Notes: generated by a model from the letters alone, not told the origin. Shown: positions 12,480-25,365, counted from the stretch's first letter. The stretch is 64,000 bases of DNA from Felis catus (GCF_018350175.1 NC_058368.1:229278001-229342000); one strand, 5' to 3'. Numbers and translations: made by a program.

Positions 12480-13639
12480 TACTTGTTCATTCCCACACCC
12501 TTTCTCCTCTCCTCCTGGGACTCCAGGGACATGATTTTAGATCTTCTGTTAATATGACATAGGTCACGGAAGCTTTGTTCATTTTAGGTTTACTCTGATA
12601 CCTCTGTTTTTCGGACTGAGTAAATTCGAATTGTCTATTCACAAGTCCACCACTCCAACTTCTGTCATATTCACTGTACTATTGAGGCATAACAATGAAT
12701 TTTTATTTTGGTTATTGAATGCGGCTGTTCCATCATTCCCATTTGGTTTTTTAAAATAATTTTTATTTCTTTCTTGATGTCTCTCATTTTCTACTTGCTT
12801 TCATGGAATTTATAATTATCTACTGAATCAATATTATAATAGCGTCTTTGAAATCTTCACCAGGTACTTCCAATATCTATTTTATCCCAGGACTGGATAA
12901 GCTGGTTTTTACTCATATGAGATTTTCCTGGCCTTTGGTCTGATCAGCGATAGTTGAATAGGTCCTACATATATTGGGTATTACATGAGGACACTCTCGA
13001 TCCTATTTAAATCTCAGCCAGTTTTAACTGGCTGTCAACCTCTGTAGGTATAGAATGTAGATTTTGGCAACCGTCACTGTTTCCATTGCATCACCATTGG
13101 AGGCAGAATGTCTCATTACCACTGGGCATGACACAAAAGATGCCTTATTCTCTCCAGGTTATGGTGCCAATTGAGCACCAGGCAGATTGGGTCACCACTG
13201 CCACTGGGTATGGACTACCCCACTAAATCTCTACAGGGCTCCTCCTCCTTCAGCACTTCTTTGGTCAGAGAGAATGGAATTGGCTTTTTTTTTTCTTTAT
13301 CTGCTTTTTTGTTTAGGCCCGTTGGCAGTTGCAGTTCACAGAGCTTTCTGGAACCCACTCAGAAATACAGGGATAAAAGTAAGCCCAAGAAACTCACCAC
13401 CACATCATCCTTCAAATTACGAGTTCCCTACACTTTCTTCTATCTTCCAGAGGGCTTTTATGATTGTCCTATCATTTTCAGGGTATATAGTCCAGATGAT
13501 TTTACATATTTTAAACACAGTTTTAAAATACACACTTTAGAATTTGTGTGTGTATGTGAATTTCCTCTGACACCTTTGGATAAAAGCATTATTTTATAAA
13601 TGTAGCATTATTTTACTCAAAAGGAATCTTTTTTTTATT

Positions 13640-13845
13640 ATAGTCTTTGAGTCACAGAACCCAGCATCTGAATACAGTTTTATCTCTTATTAGCTGTGTA
13701 ACAAAGAGTTAAATTATTTGATTCTGCCCTCCTACTTATACAAGGGAGATTAAAGATACACATCAAACTATTTGGAAGTATGAAATAAAAATATTTTGTT
13801 TAATTAGTTGAGCATGAGCCTACCATACATTAGCATTCATTCAAA
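13640..13845 (+). mobile_element. MIR SINE (degenerate)
   Basis: CTTTGAGTCACAGA..TTATTAGCTGTGTAAC core and 3' CCTACCATACATTAGCATTCA. Confidence 0.5.
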
Positions 13846-13961
13846 AAAGAGGCGTTTAAATTAAACAACTTTTGCAAATGAAGCAATGAATCTATAAACT
13901 TTTAGAGTGGAGACTGTATTGCCACAATCAAGTCTAATTATGAGCAATGGATATAGATCGT

Positions 13962-14200
13962 TGTGATGGTTAATTTTAGGCATCAAGTTGGCTAGGAGAG
14001 GATATCTAATTATTTGGCAAAACACCAGCCTAGATGTTACTGAGAGCCACTTTGCAGGTGGGATTAACACTTAATTCTGTGGACGTTATGTAAAGCAGAC
14101 TGCCCACCATAATGTGTGTGGGCCTCATCCAATCAGTTGAAATCTTTAACAGCAAGGACAAGAATTCTGCCTCAAGATAGCAACATAGAAGCTGTGCCTC
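13962..14200 (+). mobile_element. MLT2 (ERVL) LTR, 5' part
   Basis: TGTGATGGTTAATTTTA start; GTAAAGCAGACTGCCCACCATAATGTGTGTGGGCCTCATCCAATCAGTTGAA is diagnostic of MLT2. Confidence 0.85.
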
Positions 14201-14309
14201 TGAAGAACCATGGTACAAGTTAAGTTGCCATTACCAACACAAGAATGACTTTGAGGATCAAGAGTTTGTTTTACATATGGTTAATAAAATATAGATTAGT
14301 AAGTAAAAT

Positions 14310-14760
14310 AAAGAGCATGTTAGAAAGGATATTGGAAAACAAACACTCCCAGACACTGCAATGAAAGAATAAAGAGTTATAAGCTTCCTAGAATGAAGCA
14401 AGACTAAGTAATACTTATCAAAATTTAAAATGCACTTTCCTTTTGACCTTTAGAGTTATTACCTTAAGTTAAGCAAAGATGTATATGTAGGAGGGTTTGC
14501 TGAAAAATCACATAGAGTAGCAACAGGTGGAAATTACTTACATGTACGTTAATAAGGCACGAACGTAAAGAAATTACAGTTCCTTCATATGATAGAACAT
14601 TATAAAGCACTTTAAAAATTGAAGTGGATTATATATTGTTACACAAACACAGTGTGGCTAAACTTAAGAAAAGTAAATAGATAAATGTCATCTCCATGCA
14701 TCTATAAATGTATATGTATGAAATAGCTCCCAAAAATGTAATACAAAATTTATAGTATTT
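14310..14760 (+). mobile_element. L1ME-type fragment (ORF2 end/3'UTR)
   Basis: AAGGATATTGGAAAACAAACACTCCCAGACACTGC and TATCAAAATTTAAAATGCACTTTCCTTTTGACC. Confidence 0.55.
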
Positions 14761-15578
14761 GATGTGAGGGATTAAAATTAGACTGTAAGTTAGGGGAGAA
14801 TGGTCTCTTGCTATTAACATATTTACATGACTGTTGGAATTCTCAGTGTTCGTCAATTTCTAAATTAATTAACCCATAAATAGATTCAGAAAATATTTGT
14901 TGAATGACTTCTTTTTAGGTGGCACAGGAGAGAAAATGAGGAGTGTAAGCGACATCACTGTTGTGTTAATGAAGCTAAGACATTTCTGGAAAAGACAGGT
15001 AAACTCAGAAATAAGAAAATGACGTACACAAGAGAAAGAAAGAGGTGATTTGAGAACTTGTTTGGCTTTTCAAGAAGCCATGCTGTTAGGAGAGTTTAGA
15101 ATGTAAAAAGAATCTAGATGGACAGAGACCTGTTACGTTTTGTTATATTTTGTGACAGATGCACACAAAACACCAGGGAGGATATTTGAGGCTGCAGTGA
15201 TATTGTAAATCCACGTCGAAATTGGACTTGATCCCAAGACGAGTATGTAATAATTTGCACGAAGGACATTCATATGGACTTGTTCTTTGAATAAAACTAA
15301 AATATTGCTCAGATGAAGAGTTTACACATTATGGAATAGTTTGCACTCCCAGTGTTTTCTATCTAAATACAGAAAAGTGCTGATGCACAAATCTGTGCCT
15401 GATTTATTTTTACGTCAGCTCTTCTGCCTTGTCCCTCAGTTACATGGTTCTCTACATTTTCCAGATGAATGGCATCAGTGTCTTATGATAGCTAGAATTT
15501 AGGACAGGAAATCATTTAGAATAGAGCGTGTTTCAATAGCAGCAAAAGAAGCAAATTCTCCCTTATTTTAAATATGAA

Positions 15579-15728
15579 GGACTCCCAGGTGGCTCAGTTG
15601 GTTAAGTGTCCAACTTTGGCTCAGGTCATGATCTCCCGGTTCATGCATTCGAGCCTGTGTGGGGTTCCATGATGACAGCTCAGAGCCTGGAGCCTGCTTC
15701 AAATTCCGTTATCTCCATCTCTCTCTGC

Positions 15729-15772
<44 letters not shown>

Positions 15773-15808
15773 CTCTCTCAAAAATAAATAAATAAACATA
15801 AAAAAAAT
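15579..15808 (+). mobile_element. Felid Can-SINE (SINEC_Fc2-like)
   Basis: GGTGGCTCAGTTGGTTAAG A box, GGCTCAGGTCATGATCTC, GACAGCTCAGAGCCTGGAGCCTGCTTC, long (CT)n, A tail. Confidence 0.93.
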
Positions 15809-16517
15809 TAGATTTGAAAACTTTGGGTCTCAGTACATTTGTGAATTGTTGGAGTCAAGGATTTATTTGGCTTATGCGAGTTGATAGGCTAAGGTAAGGG
15901 AGAATGTTCCTCTCATAAGAAGAGAAACATGACTTTGAAAATGATTTACAGCAGTAAAGATCATGTGAGGTGATATGGAAAAACTAAACTATTTTTCAAT
16001 AACATCTTCAGAATCACTAAAAATATGGTCCTTTACCCTCAGTCTCTCTGTGTGAGCCTGATTCAGTCTCTGTCTCTGTCTGTCTCTCTCCCTCTATCTC
16101 GATCTCTCTCTTTCTATATCTGTCATTCTCCATCTGTCTCTCTCTCAGTACATCCCTGGAATTTAAAATCCCAACTGAGAAAGGTTATCTAAAGAGCAGC
16201 TAGCTTTAGGAGTCTAACGTAAACACTTCTGGAACTTCTATTTCAAAAATACTTCTAAGTGGTTTAGAGGGTATTGGAGAACATGTATTTTCCATTGAAA
16301 AATTATGCCTACCTTTCAAACCAAGTTCTTTTCTCTAACATGAGAGTTGCTATTATTCATTAGCCTTAATACCAAATAAGGTGTATTATTTCACATCAAA
16401 TAATAAAAATCATTTGCCCCTACCAAGCATCTTTGTAAGAGTTACAAATAATTTCAGTTGTCTAATAAATGAGAAGGTAAAAGGTAGGAAAAGAGGACCC
16501 TTAAAAGACAGTTACAA

Positions 16518-16735
16518 GGGGCGCCTGGGTGGCGCAGTCGGTTAAGCGTCCGACTTCAGCCAGGTCACAATCTCGGGTCCGTGAGTTCGAGCCCCGCGTC
16601 AGGCTCTGGGCTGATGGCTCGGAGCCTGGAGCCTGTTTCCGATTCTGTGTCTCCCTCTCTCTCTGCCCCTCCCCCATTCATGCTCTGTCTCTCTCTGTCC
16701 CAAAAATAAATAAACGTTGAAAAAAAATTTAAAAA
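16518..16735 (+). mobile_element. Young felid SINE (SINEC_Fc-like)
   Basis: GGGGCGCCTGGGTGGCGCAGTCGG..CTTCAGCCAGGTCAC..GGGCTGATGGCTC with CpGs retained; perfect 16-bp TSD AAAAGACAGTTACAAG (16503-16518, 16736-16751). Confidence 0.97.
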
Positions 16736-17014
16736 AAAAGACAGTTACAAGAGGTAGGGGGGCTCTTTTTCTCTCATCGTGTGTCAGATGATTCCTGTTA
16801 GAGATCTTTCAGATGCTCCTGTTGTCAAGACTGGCCACTTTACAGCTCACGTAGGTCTCCCTGATGGCCTTCCGATACTTGTCATATCTGCAATCATTCT
16901 ATCCTTGTTTAATGTAAGATAGCTGAGAACAGGTCTCGGGTTATCACTCAGCAGAGTTTAGTGCAACCTTCAAAACACCATGTGGTATTATGTTTTAGGA
17001 GATGTGCAGAAAGT

Positions 17015-17485
17015 TAATGCTACTTCGCTCCTAAATTTCCCTCCGAGATAATATCTGAAGGAAATAAGAAATATATACAAAAATGAATGTTTAAGACTAC
17101 ACAGCCATGTTTTACACTAGAAAAATTTTAGAATCAATCAACGAGTCTGGTTATAAATGGCCTTATATTGGATTACGAAGTCATTAAAAAAAGATGTTTA
17201 AAATGTTAATATGAGCAGGATATACGTGTACTATGACCTAAGTGTTATATACATACACACACTTATACCTATGAACACACATATACCCACATATATAATA
17301 TTATATACGATCTATTAATAAAAGTAGCTCGCAAAATATACTCGTGGGAAATACATGAATATGTTGACAGATATTATCTCCATTCATCAAAGCACATTTT
17401 GTAAGTAGTTTTTAATATTTCTTTATGCTTCTCTGGATGCTCTAAATTTTCTAAAATTAAGATCTACTGTTTTAATCCGAAAATG
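17015..17485 (+). mobile_element. L1ME4-like 3' fragment
   Basis: ATATCTGAAGGAAATAAG..ATACAAAAATG and terminal TTTCTTTATGCTTCTCTG..TAAATTTTCTAAAAT..TTTAATCCGAAAA. Confidence 0.5.
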
Positions 17486-18884
17486 TTGAGTAAAATAAGG
17501 AAAGTAAAAGTTCTGTTGCTGACTCTGAAAATGATTGCATGCATAATTGCAGAAATGGCTAAGATGGCCAAAGCAACACCACATATTGGAATCATAGAGA
17601 GCCTTCTGAAGTGTATTTTATGAGATTTAATAGCACTCTTTGTACATCTTCTGTTGCATCAGTCTTAAACCCACTTCCCACTACTTTACTCCACACCACT
17701 TTGGAAAAGTGAACCGTAACATTCATACCACAGTTTCCCTAGATGAATAGTTGCATCAGGAATCAATAGAAGACTCCATGTTTTCACAATCCCCCAAAAT
17801 GAAAGTACTTTTATAGCAAGTCAGTATGAATAATGTATTTTATATTTTGCTGCCTCGATTGGTTGATTGACCTCTTGTCTCATTATTAAAATCTTCAAAT
17901 GTGCAAAGTCCACCCCTGTTTTCTATCCTGGTATTAAAATCAAAACTTTATAATTTGGAGGACTTCATTAGATACAGAGAAAAACGATTTCTCCTTTCCA
18001 TGAGTTTAAATGGAAGAAGTTCACAAAAAAAATATTGTGGTTGAGAATTTATATGTATCCAAGCACCGAATTTTAGAATTATAATTCCCATAAAAATGTC
18101 TCTAATAACAATTTATATATAGTTATTTCATATAGAGTTGGCTTCCTAAATCATAGACATTTGCTGTGTGTGCAGCGTCATCAAGTTTACAGCTATACTG
18201 GGAGCACTATTTTCAACATCTTAACTCTAGTATGTCTGCATTATTAAACATCATCGCATGGCTTTAAATATGCAACGACCCAAACTTAGAATGATTCCTC
18301 TTTTGTCCATATTTCAAGCCAGTGTTACCTAATATGGCTCTAAACTGTCCTGTATTAAAGACTCAGAAATAGTCAGACAAGGATGATAAGAACTCAACAC
18401 AAAGTTCAAACCACTACAAATCATTAGCATGGTCCTATTACAGGCCGTGAAACCCAAAGTCTGCCCATCTCACATTTAGATGGTTTTCAAGAGTCAAATG
18501 AATGACCTTCTTTTCCCTAGGTTGGTACTCATGAGAAAAATGGTTATTAAAAAAAGGAAAAGTGATAAAGCTGACAGTCATTACACATTCTCATATAGGA
18601 TTTAATGGCAATGCAAGGATTCTTTTAATTTATTATACAGTGGATACATTTCAAGCAAATTGCACATGCATCCTAATTTAGAAGGATATGAATAATCTTA
18701 GCTATAATAATCAGTACCACCTTATCTTAAACTGTCCAAGATTTGTAAGACTGACATGAATAGATGAGCTATGCTTTGTTATTTTCACCTTATTCTGTAA
18801 AAGGCAGGGTTAACCATCCAGTTTTCCAGGTCAAATCCTAGTGATCCAGTTTTGTACCCATTCCCCATTTCTATCCTATCTATT

Positions 18885-18893
18885 GCGCGCGCG

Positions 18894-18939
<46 letters not shown>
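18885..18939. repeat. (GC)9(AC)18 compound microsatellite
   Basis: Directly visible. Confidence 0.97.
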
Positions 18940-18940
<1 letters not shown>

Positions 18941-19825
18941 CCCATTTTATCACCAAGTGAAAGGGAAACATGAATTCCCTTGAAGCAGGTAATGACAGTC
19001 GATGATGAAAGTTCCTACAAAGGGCTACACAGTCTAGGAAACACCACAGACTTTTGTCTAGAAGTAGAAAATTTCAGTGGGCATTTGGTCCCCAGATCAT
19101 CAGTTTCTTTTCGTTATTCAAAATGGATGGATTCGTTACCTTCTGAACACCCCTTGATGTCATAGGGATGGCTATCTACAAGGTGGTCCCTAGATTTACA
19201 GCTTTCATAAATGCTCCTCAAGAAAGCGATGAAAGCCAATTTGCAAAGCAGATTTGCCTAACATGCCCAGGTTCTAGTTGGGCCTAAGATTTTTTTCTAC
19301 CAAAGTCAATCCATCTCCTAAATCCCTCTCCTCTTCCATGCCCCTTACCATGCTATTATCACATGTCTCTTTCCCTCCTCCTCCACCATCTCTGCTTTGC
19401 AATATTACTAAAGATTCTTCTAACATTCTGATGTGGCTGATTTGAAATGGTTGTGTAGAGAAAAACTAATTATTTCGGAAGCTACTATGAAATTCTCATG
19501 CTCAGCACCTCTTCAGAGGAAGATTCACTTACTAGATGAAAACTCCCATAAACTGATATTTCAAGGTCCGATGGTCTACTTATGTGGAATCACGTATGCA
19601 CCAAAAAGAGAGGGAAACAGAGGGAGGAACTGGTGAAAGGATAAAGAATTACTGGAGTGAGAGTTTATTAGAAGAATCATAATGAATTTTATTACATCCC
19701 ATACTATGTGGTTTGAGACTTAAGTATCCTACTCCATTTCCCCTAAGAGATGATGCAGAGAATGTTACTTCGCCAACTCCAACCCTCTCTCCATGGATAG
19801 CATGATGATATAGATGCAAGAGTCC

Positions 19826-20006
19826 ACTGGTTCTCAAATGTTGGTAGTCATCACCACCACCTCAAGGGCATAATGAAACACATAGGCTGGTCCTCAACAC
19901 GAGGGTCAGGTTTGATAGGTCTAAAGTGGAGCCTACAAATTTTCATTTTTAATAAACATCTAGCAGCTGGCATTGTGGTGGGACAGCACACTTAGAGGAC
20001 CCCTGG
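19826..20006. mobile_element. MER5A-like hAT-Charlie DNA element
   Basis: CACTGGTTCTCAAA start, TAGGTCTAAAGTGGAGCCTACAAATTTTCATTTTTAATAA, end CACACTTAGAGGACCCCTG. Confidence 0.65.
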
Positions 20007-20256
20007 TTAACCCATATTAATTTGATCCTATTAAAGAACTCATCTCACTTTAATTCCAACCTCAAGTTCCTATGCAGAACTACAGAGGGAAATTTTTTAT
20101 CTCAGCAAGAGGAAATCCAAGGAAAGCATCACATTAGTTATTGCTTCACTTTACAGGTGACCTCAAGTGTAATATAGTGAAAAACGTGGTGCTTCCTAGG
20201 AGATAGAGAATAATAGCCAAACTTAATAACTGATGAGAAATAAAACTCTAAGTTTA

Positions 20257-20258
<2 letters not shown>

Positions 20259-20295
<37 letters not shown>
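20259..20295. repeat. (AC)n microsatellite
   Basis: Directly visible. Confidence 0.97.
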
Positions 20296-20298
<3 letters not shown>

Positions 20299-21043
20299 GC
20301 CACTTCATATCACTTTTGTCCTCCCTATGAGGAAGAGTAAAGAGTCACAAAAATCACTTTACCTTCTTAAAGTTGAAGTTTGCTATATTCAATTTGATGT
20401 GAGTTATCATTTCTTATGAGATATACTAAAGAAGAGAAAGACCATCATCTTCTAGGCTTTCATCTATGAAGGTGACTGTGCCATTCTAACTCCTAGCCAG
20501 ACATCGGGATATCACCATAAGATATAATATCAATTCCCCCATTCCACAAGCAGAAACGACTCTTACCAATGCAACTTGTTAAAATTAGATGATCAGACTC
20601 ATTTGGCACTTAGAGCTACATGTTCCTTCCTTTGCCTCTCTGTCCCATCCTCATTGTCTTCCTTTTCTTCCTTCCACTCTTGAGTAAATTTATCCACCAG
20701 TCACTCACTCCTAGGGACTATGAGGCTCTGACACTAAATGGACTTTATGGGATACTCTGGCAGTCCAGAAATGCTATCTGAGAACACTGTTAAGAGATAA
20801 GTGTTCAAGAAACACGTGGCCAATAGCTAATGAAAATTAAAGCATGTGAATGAGGACAAGAGGAAAACTTGGGGATATAATCTGCTTCCGTCTTTGTCAC
20901 CTAGAAGATGGACCTATCCTTAATTTAATACAGAATTTGAGGCATCAGAATTAATATCACTACTTTTGTCAAAATGGCTTAACCACTTGATACATGAAAC
21001 TCTTGGCCAGGTATTTGAACCTACAACCCATATACAATTTCAC

Positions 21044-21415
21044 TGTTGCATAACATTTCTGAAAATTAATTTTTAGAAACAGTTTTTCATCTGAGCCAAC
21101 AGCTCCCTTTTTTGAATAGATTGCTCACCTGGGCAAAGAGCTTGCTTACCAGGCAGTAGTTTATCATGGTTCATTTGAAACATTCCCACCTCCATATGTA
21201 TCCATCAATACTAAACTATCATGCCATTAACTTGATCCAACTTTGATCAGTTTCCCACCTTTTAGTCAATATCTTCCCCTAAACTGTCCATTCTGAAATC
21301 TCATAGAGATTCTGCCAAAGCAGTGTTCTGTTACTGCATTAGGTGTAATAAACAGCTTTGCTTGATCAAAAGTTTTCCTGGCTGTTGGTTAGGTGAGAGG
21401 ATTTGAAAGTCAACA
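21044..21415 (+). mobile_element. Old ERV1 solo LTR (MER110/MER90-like)
   Basis: 3' part GAGATTCTGCCAAAGCAGTGTTCT..TTACTGCA..AATAAACAGCTTTGCTTGATCAA ending GTCAACA; 5' boundary approximate. Confidence 0.55.
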
Positions 21416-21549
21416 TGAAGAGAAAGAGTGTTAATGCTGAACCCATTGATTTTGAAGGCTCTATACAATATTCCAGCAAGCACTTCCAAATATCATTTGG
21501 AAGTCTTAATCTTTCACAAAAATAATTTCAATGTTAGCAAAAATTCAAA

Positions 21550-21970
21550 TAATAGCTAGCATTTAGCCAGAAATTACTACCTTCCAGGCGCTCTCTTAGG
21601 ATTTTACATGTGTTAAGATTCAGAACAACCTTTTGAGGTAAGCATGCTTATCCCTGTTTTACCAATGTAAGAGAAGATTAAAGGGGCAAAAGGGTGGCTC
21701 AGTCAGTTAGGCCTCCGAGTTCGGCTCAGGTCATGATGTCACAGTTCGTGAGTTCAAGCCCCACGTCAGGCTCTGTGCTGAGAGCTCAGAGCCTGGAGCC
21801 TCCTTAGGATTCTGTGTCTCCTTCTCTCTCTGTCCCTCTCTGCTCACATTCTGTATCTCTCTCTTTCTCTCAAATAAATAAATAAATAAACATTAAAACA
21901 AAAAAAATTAAAAAGATTAAAACACAATGGGTAAACAACTAGCCAGCCCAAGGACACAAAGCTAGTTAAC
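21550..21970 (-). mobile_element. MIR SINE interrupted by a Can-SINE
   Basis: AATAGCTAGCATTT..CCAGGC..TTTACATG..ACAACCTTTTGAGGTA..CCCTGTTTTAC, resuming GCCCAAGGACACAAAGCTAGT after the SINE. Confidence 0.7.
21683..21912 (+). mobile_element. Felid Can-SINE (SINEC_Fc2-like)
   Basis: Full body and tail; TSD AAGATTAAA at 21674-21682 and 21913-21921. Confidence 0.93.
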
Positions 21971-22689
21971 ATCTCTAACAACTCTACTATGTTGTCTCTT
22001 TGTGAATGACTTGTTTCTCTTTTATTTCAGAACAGTCCACCTTCATATACATATATATCATAGTATTTGCCTAGTAGCATCCAAAATGTTATCATTACAG
22101 TATAATTTTATTTGTGTATATTTAGAGACCTTTAAAATTGCTTTTTGTGATTGATTTCCATGACATTTTTAAATACCAAAAAATTCTTATATTTGTGCTG
22201 GTATAATTTGAAAAGATACATTTGGCCATCTTTTTAAAAAATTACACATAACCTGGGGTTTCTTTTTCAATTTCCAGAAGGAAAAAAAGTTAAATTTTAT
22301 GTCTTGCATTGCCCAGCTTATCCTTGGCAGGTGTAGAATGGAAACCTCATGTTTTTTCACACCTAAATACATGCACTTTACAAGCAACAGAAAAAATCTA
22401 TTTCTTTGACATTTTTGGACTGTGTTTATTTCTACCAGTGGTATCGTTTTTAAAGAATTTAGGAAAAAGCATCAATTATCAGGAAATGATAGCCAAAAAC
22501 AGTAAGAAAATAATAATAATAATGTGTCCGTTAAATAGATCACTTTTGTGAACATCATCTACAAGACCTACCCACTGATTATACTCCCTGATTTGCCTTC
22601 TAGGGTCATAGGTTTTCACTGTCATACTTTTCATGTCTTGATGATAACTCTGTTCAGCAAAGACAGCTGGCTTTGATCCACCATGGGGC

Positions 22690-22850
22690 CTTGCTACTCA
22701 AAAATGTGATCTGTGAATTGTCAGCAGATGTTTTGCCCAGGAACTTGCCAGAACTACAGAATCATGGGGCCCAACCCAACCCAGGCTTACTGAATCAGAG
22801 ACATGATCTCTCCGCTGTTCCTATATACCTTAAAGTGTCACACATACAGC
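22690..22850 (+). mobile_element. MER5A1-like hAT-Charlie element
   Basis: TGCTACTCAAAATGTG..CAGCAG..AGAACTACAGAATC..GGCCCAACCC..TACTGAATCAGA..TTAAAGTG. Confidence 0.65.
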
Positions 22851-24708
22851 CATCAGCGTAAGTGTAAGTAAAAATCCTGTTCCTCCTTGAAATTTTTGAT
22901 GCACTGGGATCTTTCTGCCTCACCTAGTAATAAGTAACAGTGATCTCACGCAGCCACATCATTTTAGAGAAAATATACTTAGGTAGGATTAATTGAGAAT
23001 AAGTTACACCTGTATGTTAAAAACAGGATTTATTTTTTCTCATAATTTTATACAAATTATATTGCCCAAAGTCATCCCTGAGTTCTTGCATTTTATTAAC
23101 CCACTGACCATAATCTGCTTTCGAAAGTTCATCTATTCCATTCATTATGAAAACATTCTCTTGTATGACTATTAAGTTTGACATTTGAATTCAAAATGTC
23201 AATAAATGCAGAGACAAGAGCCTGTGAGCAATCAGAGCATGCCCTTCATTTTATTTAAAAGTAATGGGAATATTGTCACTTTGAGGTTCTGTTAACATTT
23301 TGTAAAACAACAAATAAAAAACCTTTAAGGGCAATAATACACAGAAAAATAATGTGAACACTGACCGTCTTGCCTCATGGCAGCTATTTATATCACGACC
23401 ACATAATGCTCATAAAAATTAGTACTGCAAATATTTTTGGTAATTATGAGGAAGCTAAATGGCAGGCATTAGGCATATAGATACCATGTAAAAAATCAGA
23501 TAAATTAATATCGTTAATATGTCATAATGATGGAGAAACATACTGATGCAATTGTCTTTTTTTCCAAATAAATCATGTCAGTAATGATCTTCACTAAAAT
23601 CCATCTTCTATGTCTCCAAAGAAATCAGCTTAATTATGTTGTCTTTGGCCTGATATAGACTTTGGTCATTCAATTCCATTTGTTTGGATCGATAAAGCTC
23701 CAAATTACCATTCTTATCTGTTTGCTTTCTTTGGGTCATTGCCTAATTTCCTTTATGATTTAAGAAAGAATTAGGTTAAAAAAACTTCAAGCCAATGCCT
23801 TGTCACCAACCTTTTTGACAGTTTTGTATTCGAACGGCCTGTTCCCAGCTTCTGATGCTAGCAAAGATGTTAGTGCTGAGACCACTTATAATTATAATGC
23901 TTATTAGTATTTTGTACCAATATCCCTTTCATCTGAAGAGTTTTAGGTGCTTTATAATCACCACATAAGCTTCAAGTCAGAGACTCCCACTGAGATCAAG
24001 AGGGAGCTGAAGAATAATTTCTATCAGCAACTGAAGGAGGATTTAAGTTAGGAAAAATAAATTGCCAAGCTTTTGACAGCATTAACACCTGCTCCCTATA
24101 TATCTGATTATTGATGTTCAAATCCACAGGTAGTCAGGATTACATGGTGTTTAATCCTAGAACAATAAGCTCTTATGTTTAAGAAGTTAGTGTTGCTCTA
24201 ACTTAAGACATAGTCCTCACTTAAATCGGGACTATGTTTCTGGCCTTATGATATTGTTTGACCCACAATGCCATATTTTATGCCAAATATTTTAAGTAAC
24301 TATGATTTGATTCCAAGAGAAGTCAAAAAAAAACCAGTCATGAACATGAATAGCATAACATAATGCAGGATTTAAAAAATTTTAACTGTATTTATGATAA
24401 ATATGGAGGAAATACAAACTAAATAAATATAAAACAAAAATTAGCCTGACAACACCAAAAAGAAATAATCACTATTAATATATTTGTGTGATATATTATG
24501 GATGAATCTACACACATCAATATGTCTACACTTTTAAATATAAATAAAATAATCTGTATGCTTTTGAGCCTGGTTTTTAACTCCTTTAATACATTAACGA
24601 TACTATTAACAGTTTGCTTTTCTCAATGTATTGACCCTCCTTCTTATTCCTCTTTCGTCTCCCTTGGGGTCCATCAGACACTCATCACTAAAACCAGTTT
24701 TCTTCCCA

Positions 24709-25160
24709 GTGCTCTGTATAGGTCAATGATACCTCCCAAAGTCATAAGGTCCAAATCCTGGTAAATGTTACCATGCTTGGAAAAGAGGGCTTGGCCATTA
24801 AAGCTGATTTAATAATCTCGAGATGGGATATTTATCCTGGATTATCCAGGTGGGCCCTAAGTGCACTGGCATGATTTTTATAAGAAAAAGTAGAAGGAGG
24901 TCTGATACACACAGATGGGGAGATGAAGACAGAGGCAGAGATGAGGGTGATGTGGCCACAAGCCACGAATGTCTGATGGAATCAGAACCTGGAGTAAGTA
25001 AGGAACCATTTTTTTCCCCTGGACCCTCCAAAGGAAGGGCAGAGCCAACCGACACCATGATTTCAGCCCAGTTAAAATGATTTGGGATTTCTGATCACTA
25101 CAACTGTAAGATAATAAATCTGTTTTGTTTTAGGTCACTGGGTTTGTGGTAACAAACTAT
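24709..25160 (+). mobile_element. MaLR solo LTR (MLT1C/D-like)
   Basis: GAGATGGG..TTATCCTGGATTATCCAGGTGGGCCCTAA, GAAGACAGAGGCAGAGAT..GATGTGGCCACAAGCCA, AACTGTAAGATAATAAAT. Confidence 0.88.
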
Positions 25161-25365
25161 CGAATGCTTCCAACATTGTCCCCTGGCTTCTTCCATTACC
25201 TGCATGTTCAAAACCCAGTCAAGTGACCCAACCACCTACATCCTATAGGCAGGCCCACAAGTAGCTGAACACTGCTGCATGAAGCATTCTGTAGAATTGA
25301 TTATTGTCCTTAAAGTCAAGTTGCCCAGCCACGATGGACCTTCAACATTGCCTGGCCAGGTCATT

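Larger units (their letters stand above)
8630..13490 (-). mobile_element. L1MC/L1MD-class LINE-1, internally deleted (3'UTR, ORF2 pieces, ORF1, 5' end), with nested SINE and MER47
   Basis: Starts TTTTATTTTGAGATAATC..CAGAGATCCCATATATCC..CCAGTTTCC (antisense 3'UTR). Antisense ORF2 motifs TTTTAGAATAAGC, GGATCAATTTGGGGAG, AGGAATGGTGAGAGA. 5'-end motif AAGCCCAAGAAACTCACCACC near 13380. Confidence 0.8.

Noticed and set aside
13171..13599. 142-aa and 117-aa overlapping ORFs
   Set aside because: They lie on the antisense strand of an old L1 5' region; chance open frames.
16529..16720. Recurrent MAQSVKRPTS and MGQRETEHER ORFs and tRNA-like heads
   Set aside because: Translations of Can-SINEs; the heads are tRNA-derived SINE promoters, not tRNA genes.
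21482..21504. 10-bp perfect hairpin ACTTCCAAAT-ATC-ATTTGGAAGT
   Set aside because: About what chance gives in 64 kb of AT-rich DNA; no supporting context.
24184..24237. Two adjacent short hairpins (7-bp and 9-bp stems)
   Set aside because: Short stems expected by chance; no ncRNA boxes or promoter elements.
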